From: a bacterium
Lineage (GTDB): Bacteria; Sysuimicrobiota; Sysuimicrobiia; Sysuimicrobiales; Humicultoraceae
Direction of reading: 5' to 3'
DNA: 14,201 bases
Assembly: GCA_041497675.1 (NCBI GenBank)
Contig: JBGQGY010000098.1
Span: forward strand, 1 to 14,201
Part shown: in pieces, positions 7,957 through 14,201 of the stretch
How positions within the stretch are numbered: the stretch's first letter is position 1
How the letters are laid out: the number at the start of each line of letters is the position of its first letter
Position numbers and translations under genes: made by a program
Notes under the pieces: model-generated
Told to the model about the DNA's origin: nothing
The model's database searches: none
The model's input: only the letters and a program-made list of their open reading frames with translations

Positions 7957-8841
7957 GTGAACGCGCTCAACGTGCGCCTGCTGGCGAGCCGGCTGGCCGA
8001 GGGCGGGGTTCGCGACGCGCTCGGCCGCTATCTGCTTGTCGCGTGCGTGGCGGGCTTTGTGGTCTCGCTCGCGGTGCTGCGCATGCTGGGGTACGGCCTC
8101 GACCGCTGGGTGTTCATCCTCATCGTGTGGGCCGTGCTCATTTTTATCCCGCTGCGCATCGTGGTTGAGGCGTTGCGGCCGTTCGGCGCGCGCATGCGCC
8201 GACGGGTGGCCGACAGCCTGGGCGGCGACCCGCGGCGTTTCGAGCGGCCCGAACTGCTGCCCATCGTCGTCGGCGACATTGCCGCCCGCGAGGTCACCAT
8301 GCCGCGGTTCACCAAGCCGGAGCATTCGCTGAAGGCCCGCGAGGCCGCCGTCGCCATCCTGCGTCACACGATGACCGGGCCAGACGCCGCGGCCAAGCTC
8401 CGCGCCGCGATCCGCGCCGCCCTTGCGGCCGCCGCGACCGAAGCCGTGACGGTGAGCGCGTCGGCAACGGGAGTGGCCGCCGATCACATCCAGGCACGCT
8501 GGGAGGGTGCGCGCGCGCTCGGCGGGCTCGCCGCGCTTGTGGCGGTGCTGTCGGCATCGTATCGAGATCGCTGGGGGGCGATACCCGACCTGCCCGAACT
8601 GGACGGCCGTCCGCTGCGCGACTATCTGGACGCGGCGTTCGACTATTGTGACGAAGCGGCGCTGCAGGTCGACGCCCTGCCCTGGACCGAGCCACCGCTT
8701 GGGTCGTCGCTCGATCCGCATGCGATCGATGAGGTGCGCGCCGCGTGGAGAGCGTTCCTGGCTGCGGGCACGCCGTCGCCGCGCGCGCTTGACGCGATGG
8801 TGAACGTGGTCGTGACGCCGAGCGCACGGCCCGGCGCTTAG
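7957..8841 (+). CDS. Hypothetical protein with two N-terminal transmembrane helices and an Ala-rich helical domain
   Basis: 294-aa ORF with high-GC third positions that fills the gap between yceI and the selenoprotein gene. Two hydrophobic segments (YLLVACVAGFVVSLAVL and WVFILIVWAVLIFIPL). No family recognised. Confidence 0.75.
   Translation: MNALNVRLLASRLAEGGVRDALGRYLLVACVAGFVVSLAVLRMLGYGLDRWVFILIVWAVLIFIPLRIVVEALRPFGARMRRRVADSLGGDPRRFERPELLPIVVGDIAAREVTMPRFTKPEHSLKAREAAVAILRHTMTGPDAAAKLRAAIRAALAAAATEAVTVSASATGVAADHIQARWEGARALGGLAALVAVLSASYRDRWGAIPDLPELDGRPLRDYLDAAFDYCDEAALQVDALPWTEPPLGSSLDPHAIDEVRAAWRAFLAAGTPSPRALDAMVNVVVTPSARPGA
8815..8837 (-). promoter_or_regulatory. Putative bacterial SECIS element for the second UGA (codon 74)
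   Basis: UGA CACAUCUAA GCGCCGGGC-CGUGC-GCUCGGCGU forms a 9-bp stem (two G-U pairs) with a 5-nt loop and G at loop position 2. There are 18 nt between the UGA and the loop. Confidence 0.75.
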
Positions 8842-9068
8842 ATGTGTCAGCCGCGCTCGCCTTCGAACCCCACTTCAACGCGGCCGTCCGTGTGCACGAA
8901 CACCGGTACCGTGTTCTGACCGCTCATCGTGATGACGCGCTGGATCAGCGCCTCATCATCGTCGACCGCGATTTCTTCGAAGTCCACGTTGCGCGTGACG
9001 AGGACACGCCTCGCCTGGACGCAGGTCGGTCAATCGCTGAGCGAGTACATCACGAGCCGGCGGTTCAT
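8838..9068 (-). CDS. Glutaredoxin-like selenoprotein with two Sec residues (UxxC plus C-terminal U-x-x-stop), 76 aa
   Basis: Translation: MNRRLVMYSLSD-U-PTCVQARRVLVTRNVDFEEIAVDDDEALIQRVITMSGQNTVPVFVHTDGRVEVGFEGERG-U-HI*. TGA codons at 9032-9030 and 8849-8847, TAA at 8840-8838. Has the Grx cis-Pro TVP and GF motifs, an ATGA overlap with the upstream gene, and a hairpin after each TGA. Confidence 0.9.
8992..9023 (-). promoter_or_regulatory. Putative bacterial SECIS element for the first UGA (codon 13)
   Basis: UGA CCGACC UGCGU-CCA-GGCGAGG-CGUGU-CCUCGUC-ACGCG forms a 5-bp lower stem, a 3-nt bulge, a 7-bp upper stem and a 5-nt loop with G at position 2. There are 21 nt between the UGA and the loop. 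Confidence 0.78.
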
Positions 9069-10249
9069 GCCTCACCTCCCAGGAGTCTCAACGCTGCGCC
9101 GCCCAGCACCCTGGCGGCGATGGGCAGCGCGCTTTCGTCAAAGTCGAACTGCGCCGTGTGGTGCCGGCCGTCGAGCCCCCGCTCGCGGTTCGCCGACCCA
9201 ACCAGGAAGTAGCAGCCCGGCGCCCGTTCGAGAAAGTACGCGATGTCATCGGAGCCGGTCGTGGGCTCCATCTCAACCACGCGCGCGGCACCGACGGCTT
9301 CGATCGCGACCCGTCGGACGAGATCGGTCACCGCCGGATCGTTGCGCACCGGCGGGCAGCCAAACTGGCTGCTCACCGTGCCGCGGCATCTCAGGGCGGC
9401 CGCGGTGCCGGTGGTGATCTCCTCGATGCGCCGCATCGTGTGCTCGCGGACCTCTTTTGTAAAGGTGCGGACGGTGCCGTGCATCTCCACCCGGTCGGGG
9501 ATAATATTGAAGGCCGTGCCCCCGGCAATGGTGCCGATCGTCACGACTGCGGCGTCCAGCGGCGCGGTCTCGCGGCTGACGATCGTCTGCAGCGCGGTGA
9601 CCACGTGGGCCGCCGCGACGATTGGGTCCGCCGTCTGGTGGGGGATCCCCCCGTGGCCGCCCTTCCCTTCAATCGCAATCCCGATCCGGTCCATGGCGGC
9701 GAAGATGGGCCCGGCGCGCAGCGCCACGATGCCCGCGGGCAGGTCGTTCCAGAGGTGCAGCCCGACGACCGCGTCGACCTTCGGGCTGTCCATCACCCCC
9801 GCCTCGATCATCGGCAGCGCGCCCGAGGTGATCTCCTCCGCCGGCTGAAAGGCAAACACCACTGAACCCGGCAGCTCGCGCCGGAACCCGGCCAGGACTT
9901 CCGCCAGGATCACGGCGACGGCGGTGTGCCCGTCGTGCCCGCAGGCGTGCATGACACCGGGCTTCTGGCTCCGATAGGGCCGGTTTTCGGCTTCCAGGAT
10001 GGGCAGGGCGTCAATATCGGCCCGCACCATCACGGTGCGGCCGGTCTTCTCCCCCTTCAGCACGCCGACCACCCCGGTCCGGGCGACGCCGGTGCGCACC
10101 TCGAGCCCGGCGTGCTTCAGCCGCTCGGACACGATCCCCGAGGTCCGGGTTTCCTGAAATCCCAGTTCCGGGTGCGCGTGCAGATCCCGGCGCAGGTCCA
10201 CCAGGTCCCGCTGCCGGCCCTCAATCAATCCGAACATCTGTTCGATCAT
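9065..10249 (-). CDS. M20 family amidohydrolase (aminoacylase-1/hippurate hydrolase-like)
   Basis: RRDLHAHPELGFQE, RADIDALP, MHACGHDGH, FQPAEE, GKGGHG and GSDDIAYF. SD AGGAGG upstream. Confidence 0.94.
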   Translation of the reverse strand: MIEQMFGLIEGRQRDLVDLRRDLHAHPELGFQETRTSGIVSERLKHAGLEVRTGVARTGVVGVLKGEKTGRTVMVRADIDALPILEAENRPYRSQKPGVMHACGHDGHTAVAVILAEVLAGFRRELPGSVVFAFQPAEEITSGALPMIEAGVMDSPKVDAVVGLHLWNDLPAGIVALRAGPIFAAMDRIGIAIEGKGGHGGIPHQTADPIVAAAHVVTALQTIVSRETAPLDAAVVTIGTIAGGTAFNIIPDRVEMHGTVRTFTKEVREHTMRRIEEITTGTAAALRCRGTVSSQFGCPPVRNDPAVTDLVRRVAIEAVGAARVVEMEPTTGSDDIAYFLERAPGCYFLVGSANRERGLDGRHHTAQFDFDESALPIAARVLGGAALRLLGGEA

Positions 10250-10375
10250 CTCTCGCCTCCTGATGGGGCCTTCGAGCGTGGTTGGAGGAAGCCCTCTTCA
10301 GGTTGGGGAAGAATGAACGGGCCGGGAACGTCACGATTCCTCCGTGATTCCGCGGAGCGTCCAACGGAGTTCTTG

Positions 10376-11356
10376 ATGGCTTTGTGGCTGCGTGAAGCCG
10401 AAGTAGGCGCGCTGTTGTCCATGGACGATGTGATGGCGGCCGTGGAGCAGGGCTTTCGTTTTCTCGGTGACGGCAGCGCCACGAATCACCCGCGAACCCG
10501 GTCGATCACGTCGGGCGGCGCGCTGAACGTCATGCACGCCGCGGTGCCGTCACTGGGTGTGATGGGTGTGAAGACGTATGCGACGACACCGAAGGGCGCG
10601 CGCTTCCTGGCGATTCTCTACAGCCTGCAGAACGGGGAGGCGCTGGCGATCGTCGAGGCCGACACACTCGGACAGATTCGCACCGGCGCGGCGAGCGGCG
10701 TGGCGACGAAGTATCTGGCGCGCGCGAATGCCGGCACGATGGGCGTCATCGGCGCCGGCTGGCAGGCCCGCAGCCAGGTACAGGCGGTGGCGCGCGCACG
10801 TCCGGTCGCGCTGGTCAAGGTCTTTAGCCGGTCCGAAGAGCGTCGCGAAGCCTTTGCCGCCGAGATGGTGGAGGACCTCGGCACGGAGGTCGTGGCGGTC
10901 GACAACCCGCGCGACGCCGTCAGCGATGTCGACATTGCCATTACGATCACGTCCGCCCGCGAGCCGGTGCTTCACGGCGAGTGGCTGCGCCCCGGGACCC
11001 ATATCAACGCGGCCGGATCGAATGCGGCGTCCCGCCAGGAGATCGATGGCGAGGCCGTGCGCCGCAGCCAGGTCATCGCGGTCGACGCGCTCGACCAGGC
11101 AAAGATCGAGTGCGGCGACCTGATCGCGCCCGCCCGCGCCGGCGAGCCGGTGTGGGAACGAGTGGTAGAACTCGGTGCCATCGTGGCCGGCAAGACCCCC
11201 GGCCGGACCCGGGACGACCAGATCACGCTGTTCGAATCACAGGGCATCGCCCTCGAAGACGTCGTGACTATGGAGCTGCTCTACCGGCGAGCACGGGCGT
11301 CCGGCGCCGGGCAGGAGATCGCGCTTTCGCGCGAGGCCGTACCCATCCCCCGGTAG
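10376..11356 (+). CDS. Ornithine cyclodeaminase / mu-crystallin family protein
   Basis: MALWLREAEVGALL..., LGQIRTGAASGVATKYLA, GVIGAGWQA, GTHINAAGSN and ITLFESQGIALED. Start ATG 10376 with a GGAG SD. The track ORF from 9926 overlaps the amidohydrolase. Confidence 0.92.
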   Translation: MALWLREAEVGALLSMDDVMAAVEQGFRFLGDGSATNHPRTRSITSGGALNVMHAAVPSLGVMGVKTYATTPKGARFLAILYSLQNGEALAIVEADTLGQIRTGAASGVATKYLARANAGTMGVIGAGWQARSQVQAVARARPVALVKVFSRSEERREAFAAEMVEDLGTEVVAVDNPRDAVSDVDIAITITSAREPVLHGEWLRPGTHINAAGSNAASRQEIDGEAVRRSQVIAVDALDQAKIECGDLIAPARAGEPVWERVVELGAIVAGKTPGRTRDDQITLFESQGIALEDVVTMELLYRRARASGAGQEIALSREAVPIPR

Positions 11357-11380
11357 GACATCTGACGAGGAGGATTGTCT

Positions 11381-12868
11381 GTGACCGTTCGCGTGGTCGT
11401 TGCCGATCCCACGACTCACCGCTGTGACGTACTGGCCATCGGCGTGTTCAGCACGCCGGGCCGCCTGGAGGGGCTGGGCGCCAAGGTCGATCAGGCGCTC
11501 GGCGGCTACCTGGCGCGCGCGATGCAAGAAGAGCGCTTCACGGGCGAGGCCGGCACCGTGATGATCGTGCACACGCACGGCCGCCTGCCCGCCGCCCGCA
11601 TCGGCGTCGTGGGTCTGGGTGACCGCGCAACGTTCAGCCTCGACCGTCTGCGGCTTGGCGCGGCGGCCGTCGCGCGCAGGGCGCAGGACCAACACTTGGG
11701 TCGGGTCGCCTTCCCGCCGCTCCAGCAGAAAGAGTGGGAGCCGGCCGCGATCGCCTCTGCACGCACCGAGGGCGTGCTGCTCGGCACGTACACGTTCCAA
11801 AAGTATCGCAAGGACAAGAAGGCCGATGTCAACATCGACCTGTTAGCCGCCAACCGCGCCGAGGCCTCGGCGGTCGAGACCGGCCGCCGCCGCGGGCAGG
11901 TGCTCGCCGAGGCGGTCAACTACGCTCGCGATCTGGTCAACGAGCCCCCCAACGTCATGACACCTGAGGCGCTGGCGCAGGAAGCACGCCGGGTCACGCG
12001 CGGGACCAAGCTCAAGGTCCAGGTCTGGGGACCGCAGGATCTGAAGAAGCGCGGTCTCGAGGTCATCATGCACGTGGGGGCCGCGAGCGCCCACACGCCC
12101 CGCTTCATCGTGATCGAGTACGTCCCCTCGAAGCCGCGCCGCACGGTGGCGCTGGCGGGCAAAGGGGTAACCTTTGACACCGGCGGGGTCGACATCAAAC
12201 CCGCCGACGGTATGGAGACGATGAAAACCGACATGGCGGGGGCCGCCGCGGTGCTGGCGACGATGCGGGCGCTGCCGCTGGTGGCGCCGCCGGTGCGCGT
12301 GATCGCCGCGATCGCGGCGGTGGAGAACGCGATCGGCAGCCGCGCGATGCGACCGGGGGACGTGGTCACGGCGGTCAACGGCACGACGATTGAGATCAAC
12401 AATACTGACGCCGAGGGCCGGCTGGTCCTGGCGGATACGGTGGCGCACCTGGCCGCCGGCAACCCGGACGAGATCATCGACCTGGCGACGCTCACCGGTG
12501 CGGCGTCGGTCGCGCTCGGACCCTTTGCGGCGGCGCTGATGGGCAGTGATCAGGGACTGGTCGACCGGCTAATCGCGGCCGGCAGCCGCGTGGGCGAGCG
12601 GCTGGTGCCGTTCCCGCTCTACGAGGAGTACCGGAAAGCGATGCGCAGCGACATCGCGGATATCAAGAACTCGGGCGGGCGGCACGGCGGAGCGCAGAAG
12701 GGCGCGATCTTCATCCGCGAGTTTGCCGGCAGCGTACCGTGGGCGCACCTCGATATCGCGCCGGTGGCATTTCTGTCACGCGACGAAGGCACGACGCCGC
12801 TTCAGCCGAAAGGCGCCTCGGGCTTCGGTGTGCGGACATTGCTGGAGTATCTGTCAACGCGAACGTAG
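11381..12868 (+). CDS. pepA: Leucyl aminopeptidase (M17)
   Basis: GKGVTFDTGG, MKTDMAGAA, NTDAEGRLVLAD, DLATLTGA and WAHLDIA. AGGAGG lies 7 nt before GTG 11381. Confidence 0.95.
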   Translation: MTVRVVVADPTTHRCDVLAIGVFSTPGRLEGLGAKVDQALGGYLARAMQEERFTGEAGTVMIVHTHGRLPAARIGVVGLGDRATFSLDRLRLGAAAVARRAQDQHLGRVAFPPLQQKEWEPAAIASARTEGVLLGTYTFQKYRKDKKADVNIDLLAANRAEASAVETGRRRGQVLAEAVNYARDLVNEPPNVMTPEALAQEARRVTRGTKLKVQVWGPQDLKKRGLEVIMHVGAASAHTPRFIVIEYVPSKPRRTVALAGKGVTFDTGGVDIKPADGMETMKTDMAGAAAVLATMRALPLVAPPVRVIAAIAAVENAIGSRAMRPGDVVTAVNGTTIEINNTDAEGRLVLADTVAHLAAGNPDEIIDLATLTGAASVALGPFAAALMGSDQGLVDRLIAAGSRVGERLVPFPLYEEYRKAMRSDIADIKNSGGRHGGAQKGAIFIREFAGSVPWAHLDIAPVAFLSRDEGTTPLQPKGASGFGVRTLLEYLSTRT

Positions 12869-12910
12869 ACGACGACACGCAGCATCACCGTGGGTGAACC
12901 CCACGGGTCG

Positions 12911-12945
12911 GCCGGCGCGGACATGTTCCGCGCCGGTTTCGTTTT
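12911..12945 (+). terminator. Probable intrinsic terminator after pepA
   Basis: GCCGGCGCGGA-CATGT-TCCGCGCCGGT forms an 11-bp stem, followed by TTCGTTTT. Confidence 0.75.
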
Positions 12946-12985
12946 CCCGGCAGGTCTCGCGCGCGCTCGGCGTTCGTATGGATCA

Positions 12986-13029
12986 GTTGACAAAGTTTAC
13001 AATAATCTGATACTGTAAACTCAGTAAAC
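12986..13029 (+). promoter_or_regulatory. Sigma70 promoter with an overlapping palindromic operator for the toxin-antitoxin operon
   Basis: TTGACA (12987-12992), N18, TACTGT (13011-13016) with a TG extension. Inverted repeat AGTTTACA-N12-TGTAAACT plus outer half-sites. Confidence 0.75.
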
Positions 13030-13032
13030 AAT

Positions 13033-13653
13033 ATGGAGGACATGCCCGTGTCGGTAGTACGTCACGAACCCAGGAAAGCGCCAACCGGCGCCGAGCTGCT
13101 TTCGGAGGTGCTGGGCCGCGGCGTGGCCGCATTGAGCCGCACGCTGGCCGGGATGCCCCGCGCCGACCTCCGGCGGCTGCTGCGCGCTCGTGATGAAGAG
13201 CGCGTCCTGGTTGCGGCGGTGCTCCACCCCGAGATACTCGAACGCGTCACCGGGGCCACGCCCCTGCTGGCCGCGCAGATTCGCGCCGTCGAGGCCAAGC
13301 GCCGGCTGCTCGAATCTGATGGCGGAACCGTGTCTGGGGAAGAGGCCGGGCGCCTGCTTGGGATCTCCCGACAGGCCGTCGATAAGAAGCGCCGCGGGGG
13401 CCACTTGCTCGCGCTGCCCGTCGGCGCGCGGCAGCGTTATCCGGTCTGGCAGTTCAAGGACGGCGCCATCCTGCCCGGCCTGACGGGTGTGCTGGCGGCG
13501 TTTGCAGCTGCAAGCCCCTGGCTCAAAGCGGCATTTTTCGTGAGCCGGAATGCACGTCTAGGTGAGAAGAGACCGCTTGACCTGCTGCGGCAAGGCCGCA
13601 TCGATGACGTGATGCGCGCCGCCCACACCTACGGCGAGCATGGCGCGGCCTAG
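13033..13653 (+). CDS. Antitoxin (Xre-like HTH plus MbcA/ParS-type toxin-binding C-terminus)
   Basis: HTH-like VSGEEAGRLLGISRQAVDKKRRGGHLLAL, YPVWQF and NARLGEKRPLDLL. Overlaps the downstream RES gene by 14 nt. An alternative start is GTG 13048, 8 nt after GGAGG. Confidence 0.8.
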   Translation: MEDMPVSVVRHEPRKAPTGAELLSEVLGRGVAALSRTLAGMPRADLRRLLRARDEERVLVAAVLHPEILERVTGATPLLAAQIRAVEAKRRLLESDGGTVSGEEAGRLLGISRQAVDKKRRGGHLLALPVGARQRYPVWQFKDGAILPGLTGVLAAFAAASPWLKAAFFVSRNARLGEKRPLDLLRQGRIDDVMRAAHTYGEHGAA

Positions 13654-14201
13654 ACCGGAACCTCATTCCGGTCCTCCCGCAGACTTATCCTCGCGATCGC
13701 TCCCGCTCAAAGAATCCAGTGGGCCGTGGACACGCATTCACGCGCGCAACCGCCAGGCGCTCTTCTTCGGCCGGACCGGCGACAATCGCTTCGACGCGCC
13801 GGACGGAAGTTATGGAGTCCTCCACGCCGCGGAGGATGCGCTCGGCGCGTTCGTCGAGACCTTCGGTGATCCGCTCGATATCCGGCTGGTCAGCCGCGCC
13901 GACCTGGCCAAACGTTGCCTTGCGAGGATTACCTCCACACGCCGTCTCCGCCTGGTCGACCTGACTGCGAAAGGTCTCCGGCAGATCGGCGCAGACGCGC
14001 GGCTCACGTCGGGGGATCGGACGCTGGCGCAACGATGGGCTCTTGCGCTGTGGCACCATCCATCAAAGCCGGACGGCATTGCCTACCGGGCGCGCCACGA
14101 TCCTTCGAAGGAAGCCGTCGCGATCTTTGATCGGGCGAAGACCGTTGTGAAGTCGCAGCCGATGGGACGGCTCACCGACGACCCTGCAGCGCTGGCAAAG
14201 A
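13640..14201 (+). CDS. RES domain toxin (RES family NAD+ phosphorylase-like), truncated by the window edge
   Basis: Not in the track because it has no stop in the window. Translation: MARPRPEPHSGPP...WTRIH...FFGRTGDNRFDAPDGSYGVLHAAEDALGAFVETF...LRLVDL...AQRWALALWHHPSKPDGIAYRARHDPSKEAVAIFDRA. Confidence 0.87.
   Translation, partial: MARPRPEPHSGPPADLSSRSLPLKESSGPWTRIHARNRQALFFGRTGDNRFDAPDGSYGVLHAAEDALGAFVETFGDPLDIRLVSRADLAKRCLARITSTRRLRLVDLTAKGLRQIGADARLTSGDRTLAQRWALALWHHPSKPDGIAYRARHDPSKEAVAIFDRAKTVVKSQPMGRLTDDPAALAK

Noticed and set aside
8838..9068. Reading the Grx-like frame as a pseudogene with nonsense mutations, or as genetic code 4/25
   Set aside because: The first TGA sits exactly at the redox Cys position and both TGAs have matching hairpins. 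Other genes in the window end normally at TGA, so the code is standard.
9926..10375. 150-aa N-terminal extension of the OCD-family ORF shown in the track
   Set aside because: It overlaps the amidohydrolase on the opposite strand. Family similarity and an SD begin at ATG 10376.
13685..14130. Short track ORFs on both strands at the right end
   Set aside because: They are shadows of the open RES frame starting at 13640.
1..14201. CRISPR array, tRNA/rRNA, transposase or integrase
   Set aside because: No periodic repeats, RNA gene signatures or recombinase motifs were seen. Intergenic gaps are short and largely explained.

Overview
High-GC bacterial chromosomal window, mostly housekeeping and amino-acid or peptide metabolism genes. 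In order: a partial FAD-linked oxidoreductase, YggT, a stand-alone Lrp/AsnC ligand-binding protein, an Fsr-like MFS transporter, speD, DedA, a membrane diguanylate cyclase, an M20 dipeptidase, YceI, an unknown membrane protein, an M20 amidohydrolase, an ornithine cyclodeaminase/mu-crystallin family protein, pepA, and a RES-type toxin-antitoxin pair cut by the window edge. The main find is a gene missing from the ORF track. At 9068..8838 (minus strand) there is a 76-aa glutaredoxin-like ORF with two in-frame TGA codons, one in a UxxC active-site position and one in a C-terminal G-U-H-I-stop. Each TGA is followed by a SECIS-like hairpin with nearly the same apical loop (CGUGU and CGUGC). This is very probably a two-selenocysteine protein, translationally coupled to the M20 amidohydrolase. 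Also seen: sigma70 promoters, repeated SigH-like promoters placed for leaderless starts, and a four-half-site operator at the toxin-antitoxin promoter.
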